DNA of 64,000 nt from an uncultured Chloroflexia bacterium (GCA_963728605.1 CAVSKS010000009.1:77447-141446), one strand, 5' to 3'; positions 25,779 through 35,851 are shown, numbered from the stretch's first letter. Translations and numbers: made by a program. The notes: generated by a model from the sequence alone, not told the origin.

Positions 25779-26638
25779 AGCGCATGCAGGCCGGTCCCGT
25801 CCGGGCGGATCCGGTACATCGTCGGCACGAGCCCCGGGCCTTCCCGGCGGAAGACGATCCACTTGCCGTCGGGCGAATAGCCGCCGACGTTGGCCCGGAA
25901 CCCCGCTCCGTAGTGCGTGAGGTAGGTCCAGTCGCTGCCATCGGGCCGGACCGTCACGATATTGACGGCTTCATCGGGAGCAGGCGACGAGTTGTCACTG
26001 ACGACGAGGTGGCGGCCGTCGGGCGCCCAATCATGCTTGTAGGTGACGGAGATCGACGGCGAGACCTGGACAACCGAGGTGCCATCCAGGTTCGCGACGG
26101 CCAGGGCGCCGTCGGGCCAGTTCTTGAAGCTGATCTTCCGGCCATCCGGCGAGACGTTGGGATCCGGGCCACCGGCGCCGGTGATGAACTGATGATCGGA
26201 GCCATCGAGGTTCATGCTCCAGATCGTTTCGACCTCGAGAGCGAAGTCGAAGCGGGTGAACACGAGTCGCGTGCCATCCGGGGTGAAGTTCGCGTCGTTC
26301 AAGCAGGCATCCGGCTCGGACGCGATCTCGCGGAGGTTGCCGCCGTCGGCGTCCATGAGGGCAATCGCGCACTCGTTGAGGGTGAACACGATCTGGCGCC
26401 CGTCAGGTGACCAATCCGGCAGCGCCGCGGCGCCGTCCACGTGAGTGATCTGGCGCAGCTGCTTGCCGTTTGATCGGAGGGTGAAGATCTGGGGACCGCC
26501 GTCGAGCTCGGCGTGGAACGCGATGAGGCCGTTCCGGCCGGGGAAGGTCGCACCCACCCCGGTGGCCAGGGCGAACGTCGCAAGGGTCGTGAGGACCGCG
26601 ATCGTCACGATCGCAATCCGGCGCTGGTACTGGAGCAT
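25718..26638 (-). CDS. PD40/TolB-like beta-propeller repeat protein, secreted
   Basis: 306 aa. GAGGAGG upstream of the ATG; signal/TM IAIVTIAVLTTLATFALATG. Repeats WSPDGRQIVFTL, FTPDGTRLVFTR, VSPDGRKISFKN, WAPDGRHLVVSD, YSPDGKWIVFRR. Its 3' end overlaps the convergent hydrolase by 61 nt. Confidence 0.85.
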   Translation of the reverse strand: MLQYQRRIAIVTIAVLTTLATFALATGVGATFPGRNGLIAFHAELDGGPQIFTLRSNGKQLRQITHVDGAAALPDWSPDGRQIVFTLNECAIALMDADGGNLREIASEPDACLNDANFTPDGTRLVFTRFDFALEVETIWSMNLDGSDHQFITGAGGPDPNVSPDGRKISFKNWPDGALAVANLDGTSVVQVSPSISVTYKHDWAPDGRHLVVSDNSSPAPDEAVNIVTVRPDGSDWTYLTHYGAGFRANVGGYSPDGKWIVFRREGPGLVPTMYRIRPDGTGLHALYASSTIVPRFIDWGPAARP

Positions 26639-26786
26639 CAGGTCCTCCTCTGCCTGCGAAGACGCCCCCGTGCGTCATCTCGTCCGGCCTCTGCCAAGGG
26701 CGCGGCCTGGGTGGTCGCGCCCGTGGGCCCTTATGGGTAGCGGGACACGCCGATCGTTCAGAAATCGCTGGAGGCCAGGTAACCGG

Positions 26787-28247
26787 TCACCGCACGGGTC
26801 GCCAGAAGGCGTCGTATTGAAGACCCTGGACCTCGTGCGGGTATGGACAGCTCACGCAGCCCGCCGCGGTGAGCTCGGCCAGGCGCAAGGGGTTCAGCTG
26901 CTGCCGATTTCCGCCATCGGCGTCCGAGACCCACACCTGGACGGGCAGGTTGGTCGAGTCGCCCTGCCCGGCCCAGCGGGCCAGGGTGTAGACGAGCCGG
27001 CCATCGACGGTCCAGCTCGCCAGGGTGGCGCCCACCTGCACCGGCGCTCCCCGATCCACGCCGTGCGGTCCGGAGTCGGTCACCTGCTGCAGCTCCGAGC
27101 CATCCGGGCGGACGGTGTAGACCTCGCTATCGACGTTCCAGTTCTCGCGCTTGCCGAACTCGTCGACACCCAGCCACTCGACCGCGGACGTGAACGCGAT
27201 CAGCGACCCGTCGGGCGACCAGGCTCCGTCCCGGGCCGTGAGCTCCAGCGGCACGAGCTGGCGGAGGTTCGCCCCATCCGCGTCCACCACGAAGAGCGCG
27301 GTGTCCTGGAGGCGATCCTCCGGCGTGGGCACGCCGATCGAATTTCGTGAGAAGACCAGCCGCGTCCCGTCCGGCGACCAGGCCGGTTGGGTGTTGATCC
27401 CGTCGTGCCCGGAGACCGCGGTCGACCCGAGCTCGGTCACCGCGCGAGTTTCCATGTCCATGATGGCGACCACGGTGTCAGGCACCGCCGCCCCCGAAGC
27501 GCCCGCCCGGTGACGGACGAACGCGAGGCGTGCGCCATCCGGGGAGAACGAGAACTCGACATCTGACGCACAAGGGCCTTCGCAATTCGGGCCATGGACC
27601 TCGGTGCTGAGGACCTCGACGTTCGCCAGCTGCGGGTCGGGTCCCACGACGTCCGCCAGGTAGTGGGAGTACGCGGCCTCGTTCTCGCCGCCCCAGGCGG
27701 TGAAGATCATCCGACGGCCGTCCACGGACATGGTGACGAGCTGGGCGTCCTCGGTCCGATCGGGCAACAACTCGCGGGCGTCCGTGCCATCCGGGTTGGC
27801 CACCCAGATCCGGATGCTGATGCACGAATCGAAGTGGTTGGCATCACCCGCGTCGCAACCGGGATCGCCGGCGCGGATCTCGCGGTAGACGGTGTAGAAG
27901 ACCAGCCCTCCCTGACCCCGCACGATCGTCGGTGGAGGCTCCGGCGGGGTGGATGAGCGATCGACGAGCCCAGGCGGCTCCGGCGGCGGAGGGAGCGAGA
28001 ATCGCAACAGACCGGAGCCCACCACGATCGTGCCAACGACCAGCACGATTGCCAGCGCGGCCGCGGTCATGAGCATCGTCCGCCGCCCACCGTGGATCGT
28101 CGGCCGGTGCCGGTTGGCAATCCTCGGGGTGATCGCCTCGACCGGTAGGGCCGTCACCGCGATGTCCTCCGCGCGCTCGGCGAGGAGCTGACCGACCAGG
28201 CGGTCGAGCCGCTCGTCGGACATCGGGTGCTCGATGGCTCGCGTCAT
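26787..28247 (-). CDS. Single-pass membrane partner of ECF sigma C with PD40 beta-propeller ectodomain
   Basis: 486 aa. ATGA overlap with the sigma stop. The N-terminal cytoplasmic segment contains MSDERLDRLVGQLLAERAED; TM MLMTAAALAIVLVVGTIVVG; PD40 repeats FSPDGARLAFVR, WSPDGTRLVFSR, WSPDGSLIAFTS. Confidence 0.8.
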   Translation of the reverse strand: MTRAIEHPMSDERLDRLVGQLLAERAEDIAVTALPVEAITPRIANRHRPTIHGGRRTMLMTAAALAIVLVVGTIVVGSGLLRFSLPPPPEPPGLVDRSSTPPEPPPTIVRGQGGLVFYTVYREIRAGDPGCDAGDANHFDSCISIRIWVANPDGTDARELLPDRTEDAQLVTMSVDGRRMIFTAWGGENEAAYSHYLADVVGPDPQLANVEVLSTEVHGPNCEGPCASDVEFSFSPDGARLAFVRHRAGASGAAVPDTVVAIMDMETRAVTELGSTAVSGHDGINTQPAWSPDGTRLVFSRNSIGVPTPEDRLQDTALFVVDADGANLRQLVPLELTARDGAWSPDGSLIAFTSAVEWLGVDEFGKRENWNVDSEVYTVRPDGSELQQVTDSGPHGVDRGAPVQVGATLASWTVDGRLVYTLARWAGQGDSTNLPVQVWVSDADGGNRQQLNPLRLAELTAAGCVSCPYPHEVQGLQYDAFWRPVR

Positions 28248-28789
28248 GACTGTGCCTCCGCCAGCTCGCGACGGAGTCGCTCACGGGCCGCTCGTAGACG
28301 GGATCGGACGGTGTCGAAGGGCACCCCCAGAACGCGGGCTGTCTCGTCGACGGAGTAGCCCGCGTAGAGGTGGAGGGCGATGACGGCTCGGTGGTCTGGC
28401 GAGAGGCGGCCGAGAGCCGCGCGGAGGGTGGCCATCTCGGCGGGCTCCGGCAAGGCGGCCGGGAACTCGGACCAGTCGGCCGGATCCCCTCGGAACAGGC
28501 TCGCCAGGCCGCTGCCGCGTGTCTGGCGGATCGCCTCCCTGGCGACGATCCGGTCGAGCCACGATCGAAGGCTGCCGGCATCGCGGACGCGGTCGCGCTT
28601 GCGCCAGGCTCGTTCCAGCGCAGCCTGGACGGCGTCCTGCGCCTGGTCCGCGTCGCGGGTGATCAGGCCCGCCAGCCGGACGAGGCGCGGATAGTGGGTC
28701 CGGACGAACGCGTCCAGTGACCCGAGCTCGACGCGAACTCGATCGACGGCGATCTGGTCGGCCCTGACGAGGGCCTCGGGCTCATTCAT
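28244..28789 (-). CDS. ECF-type RNA polymerase sigma factor (paralog C, more divergent)
   Basis: The C-terminal 181 aa of the over-extended 655-aa track ORF. ATG 28789 gives MNEPEALVRADQ... Contains DADQAQDAVQAALERAWRKRDRV and a region 4 HTH (VDETARVLGVPFDTVRSRLRAARERL). Confidence 0.85.
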   Translation of the reverse strand: MNEPEALVRADQIAVDRVRVELGSLDAFVRTHYPRLVRLAGLITRDADQAQDAVQAALERAWRKRDRVRDAGSLRSWLDRIVAREAIRQTRGSGLASLFRGDPADWSEFPAALPEPAEMATLRAALGRLSPDHRAVIALHLYAGYSVDETARVLGVPFDTVRSRLRAARERLRRELAEAQS

Positions 28790-28975
28790 GACGGGGTCCT
28801 GTTCGGCATCTCGAACCATAGACCCGGCCGGGCGTCGAAACGGACCACTGGCTTCGAATCTTCGCCGGCGTCGCGTAGAGCGCCCGTAGAGGACCAGGCT
28901 CGACGATCCAGTCCGACATTGACCCAAGATCGCGCGCGATCCACGATTTGCGCCACTCACGCGGGAGCGTCTGGC

Positions 28976-31900
28976 ATGGAGTTTCGCGTCCTCGGCGCCC
29001 TCGAAGCGGGTTCGGGCGGCGCCGTCGTCGACCTGGGCCCGCCGAAACAGCGGGCGCTGCTCGCCATCCTGCTGCTCCATGTCGGGGAGATCGTCCCGGT
29101 CGACCGGCTGATCGACCTGCTGTGGGGCGAGGATCCGCCCCGGACCGCTGGTCACTCGATCCAGATCTACATCTCGGAGCTGCGCAAGGCGCTCGAGCCC
29201 CTGGCCGGGCAGCGCCTCATCCTGCGTCGCCAGCCCGGATACCAGCTCGACGCGCCGGCCGATTCGGTGGATGCCAACCGGTTCGAGTCGCTGGTGCAGC
29301 AAGGCTCTGCCCAGCTGGCGGCCGGCGAACGCGAGGGGGCGATCGCCACGCTCCGGTCGGCGCTCGATTGTGGCGGGGTCCGGCGTTGTCTGACTTTGCG
29401 TACGAGGAATTCGCGCAGCCCTACGTCCGGCGGTTCCACGACCTCCATCTCGACGCCATCGAGACGCTGGCGGCCGCGGAGCTCGACACCGGCCAGGCCG
29501 CGATCGGTGGTGCCACTGCTCGAGGCCGCCATCCGGGAGGATCCGCTGCGCGAGCGCTCGCGCGAGCTGCTCATGGTCGCCCTCTACCGATCCGGCCGCC
29601 ACGCGGAGGCCCTCCGAAGCTACGAGAAGCTGCGCGAGTTGCTGGTCGAGGAGCTGGGGCTGGAACCGTCGCCGCCGCTCCAACAGCTGCGCGATCGGGT
29701 GCTTCTCCACGACCCGTCGCTGTTGCCGCTCGCGACGCGCCCGGCGGTGCGCGAGGCCGCTCGAAACCCATACAAGGGCCTGCAGCCCTTCGGTGAGCAG
29801 GATGCGGGCGACTTCTTCGGCCGGGACTCGCTCCTGGAGCGGCTGCTTGCCGCGCTGGCTGCGGGTCAGCGGCTGATCGGGCTCGTTGGGCCGTCCGGCT
29901 CCGGAAAATCCAGCGTCGTGGCGGCGGGCCTGATTCCGAGGCTGCGCGGCGGGGCGCTGCCGGGTTCCGATCGATGGATCTTCATGCCGGTGCCACTGGG
30001 CCGGATCCCCTGGCCGACGTCGAGACGGTTCTGGCGCGCACCAATCGCCGGCGCGGCAGCGAGGATCGGTCCAGCCGGACGAGGGCACGCGCGTCGTCCT
30101 CGTCATCGACGGCTTCGAGCAGCTGTTCACCGTCGCCGAAGACTCGCGCCGCAACGGGTTCCTGGAATTCCTGGCGGCCGCCGTCAAGGACGAACGCGGA
30201 CCAACTGTCATCCTCTCGCTCCGCGCCGACTACTACGACCGGCCACTCCAGCACGCGACGTTCGGCGAGGTCTTCGTCCCGGGCGTGATCCATGTGCTGC
30301 CGATGACCGCGAGGGAGCTGGAGGCGGCCGTCGTGGAGCCGGCCGAGCGAGTTGGCATTACCGTCGAGTTCGAAGCTCCTCGCCGAGCTCGTGGCCGAGA
30401 GCGTGGCCCGTCCGGGCAGCCTGCCACTGCTCCAGTACGCGTTGACCGAGCTCTTCGAAGGCCGAACCGAGCCAACGCTGACGCTCGCCGGCTACGCAGC
30501 CCTCGGCGGCCTGCGGGGCGTCCTGTCGCGCCGGGCGGAGGCGACGTTCCTGGCCCTCGGGTCGGACGAGCAACGGATCGCCACGCAGGTCTTCCTGCGC
30601 CTCGTCCGGCTGGGCCGCGGGACCGCCGACTCCCGCCGGCGGCTGCTGCTCTCCGAGCTGACCGACCTTGGGATCGATGCCGTGGCGTTGTCGTCGGTGC
30701 TGACCTCGTTCGGGCGGCATCGGCTGCTGACCTTCGATCGCGACGAACTGAGCGGCGCGGCCACGGTGGAGCTCGCGCACGAGGCACTCCTGACCGAGTG
30801 GGAGCGGCTGGCCGGCTGGATCGACCGGCATCGGGCCGCGCTCCGGCGACGGGATGCGCTGCTCTCGGCGGTCGATGAATGGGAGCTGTCCGACCGTGAC
30901 CCGGAGTACCTGCTCGCCGGCGGTCGGCTGGCCGAGTTCGCGCAATGGAGCCGCGAGGGCAGTCTCCAGTTGACGACCCGGGAGCGGGAATTCCTCGAGG
31001 CGGGCCTGGAGCGGCAGCGATCCGCCGAAGCGGTCGACGCGGCGCGCGTCGAGGCACACCGACGCCTGGCACGAAGCGCGCGCGTGCGACTCGTCGCCCT
31101 TGGGGCCGCGGTCGTCGCCCTGGTCGGGGGCGGGTTGGTCTGGGCCGTCGCCGCGCCGGCGCCCCCACCAAGGCCGGTTGCCTTGATGTGGACCAACCCG
31201 GGTCTGGTGAACATGCAGATCCAGGCCGGGTTCGACCGCGCCGTGACGGACTTCGGACTCCAGGGCCAGAAATACACCTTTGACAGTATCGAGACTGCCC
31301 TGCAGGCCCAGTACGGTGAGAACTTCTGGGAGAGCCGCACCGAGCAGGAGGTGTTCGCGCTGTGGGATCGCGAACAGGACAATCAGATGCGACGCGTCGC
31401 AGGCGATGGTGCCGGACTGATTGCAGCGGTCAGTATCGAGATCAATACGGTGAGGCGCGTCATCAGCGATTTTCCGGACGTCAGGTTCCTCACCGACCAG
31501 CCCAGCTCCTTGCCGAACGTCGCGACGCTCACCTTCGTCGACTCAGAGGCGTCGTACCTCGCCGGTGCTACGGCGGCCCTCACCACCGAATCCGGTGTCA
31601 TTGGCTACATCGGCGGCGTCGACTGGGAGGGGATCTGGGGCTTCCAGGCGGGCTATGAGGCCGGTGCCCGATCCGTCAACCCAGGGATCACCATCCTGGT
31701 CGACTACCTGTCGACGGCATCCGAGTTCACCGGCTTCCAGGATGTCCCCGCGGCTCGATCGACGGCACTGGACATGTACCGCCAGGGAGCGGACGTGATC
31801 ATGCACGCCGCCGGGGACTCCGGGCTTGGCCTGTTCGAAGCGGCCACCGAGTACACCCGAACCGAGGGCCGCCACGTCTGGGCGATCGGGGTCGACAGCG

Positions 31901-32241
31901 ACCAGTACGAGACGGTAACCCGGCTCCCCGGAGCGACCGATGCCGAAGCATGGCAGGCGCACATCCTGACGTCGGTGCTGAAGGGCCTCGACCAGATGAC
32001 TTACGCCGCGTTAGCCGAATATGTCGAGGGCAAGTTCACCCCCGGTCCGTGGAAATGGGGTCTCGAGACCGGCGCTACCGGCCTGTCGTACAGCGGTGGC
32101 TACATCGATGAGCACCGCGACGCCCTGGAGGCCCTGAAGGCCGACATCATCGCGCGACGGATCGACGTGCCTTGCCTGCCGGAGGACAAGCTGGCGAAGG
32201 CCAGCAGGCTGGGCATCGGTCCGGACGACTGCCACGACTGA
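28976..32241 (+). pseudogene. SARP/BTAD winged-helix regulator - P-loop NTPase - TM - BMP (PnrA/Med-like) periplasmic binding domain; needs 5 frame corrections
   Basis: ATG 28976 gives MEFRVLGALE...DRLIDLLWGEDPP (OmpR/SARP wHTH). The BTAD segment WRGPALSDFAYEEFAQPYVRRFHDLHLDAIETLAAAELDTGQAA is in another frame. Walker A GLVGPSGSGKSS. TM VRLVALGAAVVALVGGGLVWAV. The BMP-like domain (GYIGGVDWEGIWGFQAGYEAG...DVIMHAAGDSGLGLFEAA...WAIGVDSDQY) runs to stop 32241. Frame path: 2->1 (~29368), 1->2 (~29505), 2->1 (~29990), 1->0 (~30065), 0->1 (~30372). It is either a real pseudogene or carries assembly indels. Confidence 0.75.
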
Positions 32242-32262
32242 GGCCATAGAGACGGCATAGAG

Positions 32263-32279
32263 CGCCGGTTGCCGGCGCA
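32263..32279 (+). terminator. Short GC hairpin after the BMP-domain gene
   Basis: gcgccgg-ttg-ccggcgc (7-bp stem, 3-nt loop), 22 nt after the stop. No T-tract. Confidence 0.3.
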
Positions 32280-32354
32280 TCGACGGGTCCTTCGCATCGT
32301 TCCGCCATAGACCTCGGCCCGGTGCCGATGGCGGAAGCCGACAGGAGCAGTCCG

Positions 32355-32732
32355 ATGCGTCAGATGCGAGGGTTCGTGATGGTGGCCGTGGCGGGGGCAG
32401 TGTTCGCGGCGGCCGGCTGCAGTGCGGCGCCGGGCCGTGAGCGGGCCAACGAGGCGTGGTCGCAGCGGTTGAGCCAGCAGGCTGCCTCCGTCCAGGCTGA
32501 GGCGGCCCGGCAGGAGCGCTCGCAGGCGGCCTGGTCGGCTCGCCTGTCCGAACAGGCGCATACCTACGTGGCTGAGCGGGTTCGCGTCCTGCGGGCGAAC
32601 GAGGCCTGGTCGCTGCGGCTGACCATGCTCGCCGACCACCTCACGGGCGACGGAGCCAGCAAGGACCGAGCCAGCCAGGCATGGACCGACCGGCTGAACG
32701 GCCTGGCCGAGTCCGGTGGGTCGACCAATTGA
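32355..32732 (+). CDS. Small lipoprotein-like protein with four AW(S/T)xRL repeats
   Basis: ORF 32322..32732. ATG 32355 gives MRQMRGFVMVAVAGAVFAAAGC (Cys-containing signal). Repeats every ~25 aa: ANEAWSQRLSQQA, SQAAWSARLSEQA, ANEAWSLRLTMLA, ASQAWTDRLNGLA. Confidence 0.65.
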   Translation: MRQMRGFVMVAVAGAVFAAAGCSAAPGRERANEAWSQRLSQQAASVQAEAARQERSQAAWSARLSEQAHTYVAERVRVLRANEAWSLRLTMLADHLTGDGASKDRASQAWTDRLNGLAESGGSTN

Positions 32733-32759
32733 ATGAACGGCGCGCAGCCGGGACGGCGC

Positions 32760-35700
32760 TCAGCCGTCCCGGCTACCCAGCGCTCCGATCGGCTCCGTCA
32801 GCCCATGCATGTGGGCGACGGCAGCCGCCTCGCCGCGGCCGGCGACGCCCAGCTTGCCCAGGATGTTGGACACGTGGACGCCGGCCGTCTTCTCGCTGAT
32901 GAACAACGACTCGCCGATCTGGCGGTTGGTGCGGCCCGCCGCGACGAGCGCCAGGACCTCGAGCTCCCGCGCCGTGAGTCCCAGCCGCGACGCCTCACTC
33001 GGCTCCGGCTGGACCTTGATCTCCGCTTCATCGAGCGAGACCCGAGCGCGCTGGGCGAGTGCCTCGGCCTCACGCCGCAGCGGTTCGGCGCCGAGGGCGC
33101 TCGTCGTCTCGACGACGCTCGTCAGGGCTGCCGTCGCCCGCTTCCGATCGCCTCTGTCGGCCAGCACCGCCTCGGCCTCGCGATAGCGGGCATAGGCCGC
33201 CGGGTAGGGCCGGCCGAGCGTGCCCCAGCCGTCGGCAACGGCCGCCCAGGCCTCGGCGTCGGAGGAGCCACGCAGACGCCCGAGTTCCGCTTCGGCCAGC
33301 CCCAGCCACGTAGCGGAAACCTGCCGCATCAGCGGCTGATCGGTGGTGACTGCGGCGTGTCGCACATGGAGGCCGGCGTGGAGCGCCAGGCCGGCCTCGA
33401 TGACGGTGGCCTCCTCGTCGGCGGAACGGCGGCCGCGGGCCATCTCGGCGACGTCCGCCAGGGCCCGCAAGCCAAGGGCATATAGCTGACCCAGCGCGAT
33501 GTCCGGGCTGTGGGCGAGCGCCGCCAGGCCATCGTTGGCGAGCTTCACCGCGTCTGCCGGCCGGCGCCGCCAGATCGCCAGCTCCGCGAGGCTGGCGTGC
33601 GCGGGGGCGATGAACTGTCCGTCGGCCGTTCGGGCCCCGAAGTCGCGCGCCACTCGCAGATGCTCGGCGGCCTCGTCGAACCGGCCGTGGGCCATCGCCA
33701 AGCGGCCGCGCATCTCGCGAAGAAGGATGACGTTGATGCCGGTCGGACCGATGTCCTCGGCCTCGCGGACGGCAGTTTCACACTCCTCCCAGCGCCCCAG
33801 CTGGTAGAGCAGGTCGGCGGCGTTGCACAGGCAATGGGTCCCGAACATCTCGAGGATGCCCAACTGCCTGGCGACGACGACGGCTTCCCTGGCGAAGTCC
33901 AGGGCCTCCTCGAGCCGGCCGGCGACGTGCAGGACGTCGACCCGGTTGGCGTAGGCCCGGCCGACGTCGTCGACGTTGTCGACCGATCTGGCGATCTCCA
34001 GCGCTTCGAGCATGTTGGCGTCCGCCGCCTCGACCTCACCGAACTGCGCCTGGTCGGAGGCGAGCGTGGTGAGCGCGTGGCCTTCGATCTGCCGGGCACC
34101 GACGGCGCGCGCCAGCCGGATCGCTTCCTCCGCCAGTCCCATCGATTCGCCGTAGTGGCGCTGGAGCATCGTGATCTGGGCGAGGCCTGCCAGCGCCCGC
34201 GCCCTTGCCTCCGACGCCGGCTCCACCGGGATGAGCCGCACCGCGGTCCGATGCGCTTCCAGGGCCAGCGCGCCTTCGCCGGCAATCCAGGCACAGCGGC
34301 CAAGCCGCTCGTGGAGCAGGCCGGCCCGAATGGGATCCGCCTTCGCGTCGACGAGCTCGAGCGCCTCCCGCAGGTGGGCAATGGACCGTTGCGGCTCGTT
34401 GAACCTGGCAACGCCGGCCGCGGCCGCCAGCAGGTCGACCCGATCGAGAGCCGAACTGGCGGTCGCGTCAGGGACGCGGTCCCACAGCTCGAGCGCCCGC
34501 TCGTACTGGACCAGCGCCTCCGGAAAGGCGTAGCTGGCCTCGGCTGCTGCGGCGGCGGTCATCGCCGCCTCGAACGCCCGCGGCAGGTCGTGGGCCGCGT
34601 ACCAGTGATAGGCGAGCTCCGATGAGCGCGTCGAATCGCCGGCTTCCCGCGCCTTGTCCAGGGTCCGGGCAAAGGCCGAGTGGAGCCGGGTCCGCTCGCC
34701 GGGCAGCAGGTCGTCGTAGACGGCCTCCTGGAGCAGGGCATGCCGGAAGGCGTAGCGCTCCTCCCCGGCGGTCGTGTCGGGAACCAGCACGTGGTGGGTC
34801 ACCGCCTCGCGCAGGGCCTCGTAGAGCGCATCACGATCGGTCGCGGTGACGGTGGCGACGAGCTGCGGATCGACGCGCTGGCCCGCCGCGGAGGCGATCC
34901 GGAGGACCTCCTGGGTGGCATCGGCGAGCCCGGCGACCCGGGCGAGGAGGACGTCGCGAAGCGTCGGCGGGAGGTCGGTGGCGCCGCTCTGCCTGGCGGA
35001 GACGAGAAGCTCCTCGGCGAAGAACGGGTTGCCGTCCGAGCGGGCATGGATCGAATCGACCAGCACCGGGTCGACCTCCGGTCCGGCGATGGCCCGGAGC
35101 TGCGAGACCAGCTCGTGGCGATCGAACCGCCGCAGCTCGACGCGCTCGACCCGGTCGGACCGGCCGAGCTCGGCCAGGAACGGGTGCAGCGGGTGGCGAC
35201 GGTGCAGCTCGTCCGAGCGGTAGGTGCAGACCAGGATCATGCCCGCGTCGCGCACATTTCGGATCAGGAAGGCGAGCAGGTCCCGGGTCGAGCGGTCGGA
35301 CCAGTGGATGTCCTCGACGATCAGGGCCAGCGGGCCCTGCGCCGCCAACCGCAGGAAGACCCCCAGGACGAGCTCGAAGAGGCGACCCTGGGCGGAGCCG
35401 ATGCCGAGTCCGTCCTGGCCGCTTTCCGTCGACTCGCCATCCGGTGCGGCCAGGTCCGGCACCAGTCGGGCCAATTCGGAACGGCCGAAGCCGAGGATCG
35501 AATCACGCTCCTCCGGCGTCGCGCTCCGGACCCAGGTTCGGAGGGCCTCGACGATGGGTGCGTAGGGGACGCCGCCGTCGCCCAGGTCGATGCAGCCGCC
35601 GCTGAGGACGAGCACGCCGTCGTTGCGCGCGGCGTCGGCGAAGGCGGCCAGCAACCTGGTCTTGCCGACGCCGGCTTCACCAGCAACGACGAAGGCCGTC

Positions 35701-35795
35701 GCGCTACCCGCCCGGGCGCGGTCGATGGCGTCGTGGAACCGCGCCAATTCGTCCGACCGGCCGATGAAGACGGGGCTCGAGATACGCACGGCCAT
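32760..35795 (-). CDS. LuxR-family large ATP-binding (LAL/MalT-like) transcriptional regulator
   Basis: The track ORF is over-extended to 36095. ATG 35795 gives MAVRISSPVFIGRSDELARF... Walker A VVAGEAGVGKTRLL, long TPR-like middle, C-terminal LuxR HTH LTARELEVLALVAAGRTNRQIGESLFISEKTAGVHVSNILGKLGV. Confidence 0.9.
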   Translation of the reverse strand: MAVRISSPVFIGRSDELARFHDAIDRARAGSATAFVVAGEAGVGKTRLLAAFADAARNDGVLVLSGGCIDLGDGGVPYAPIVEALRTWVRSATPEERDSILGFGRSELARLVPDLAAPDGESTESGQDGLGIGSAQGRLFELVLGVFLRLAAQGPLALIVEDIHWSDRSTRDLLAFLIRNVRDAGMILVCTYRSDELHRRHPLHPFLAELGRSDRVERVELRRFDRHELVSQLRAIAGPEVDPVLVDSIHARSDGNPFFAEELLVSARQSGATDLPPTLRDVLLARVAGLADATQEVLRIASAAGQRVDPQLVATVTATDRDALYEALREAVTHHVLVPDTTAGEERYAFRHALLQEAVYDDLLPGERTRLHSAFARTLDKAREAGDSTRSSELAYHWYAAHDLPRAFEAAMTAAAAAEASYAFPEALVQYERALELWDRVPDATASSALDRVDLLAAAAGVARFNEPQRSIAHLREALELVDAKADPIRAGLLHERLGRCAWIAGEGALALEAHRTAVRLIPVEPASEARARALAGLAQITMLQRHYGESMGLAEEAIRLARAVGARQIEGHALTTLASDQAQFGEVEAADANMLEALEIARSVDNVDDVGRAYANRVDVLHVAGRLEEALDFAREAVVVARQLGILEMFGTHCLCNAADLLYQLGRWEECETAVREAEDIGPTGINVILLREMRGRLAMAHGRFDEAAEHLRVARDFGARTADGQFIAPAHASLAELAIWRRRPADAVKLANDGLAALAHSPDIALGQLYALGLRALADVAEMARGRRSADEEATVIEAGLALHAGLHVRHAAVTTDQPLMRQVSATWLGLAEAELGRLRGSSDAEAWAAVADGWGTLGRPYPAAYARYREAEAVLADRGDRKRATAALTSVVETTSALGAEPLRREAEALAQRARVSLDEAEIKVQPEPSEASRLGLTARELEVLALVAAGRTNRQIGESLFISEKTAGVHVSNILGKLGVAGRGEAAAVAHMHGLTEPIGALGSRDG

Positions 35796-35851
35796 GGCCG
35801 GATTATCGCGGCTCACGCTCCGGGGCCGCGATCCGTAGCCTGCTGAGGCGA

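Noticed and set aside
26732-26760. Shared ECF promoter motif (TGAACG -35) upstream of the PD40 gene at 26638, as seen upstream of sigma B
   Set aside because: The -35-like hexamer is shared, but the -10 positions differ (CCCATA versus CGTCAT). Two occurrences of a 6-mer are not significant without a genome-wide scan.
20108-35795. Anti-phage STAND (Avs-like) defence genes among the three large P-loop proteins
   Set aside because: Their terminal domains are signalling or transcription domains (cyclase, SARP wHTH, LuxR HTH, BMP binding domain, TPR), not nuclease, protease, TIR or other effector domains. The architectures match regulator families.
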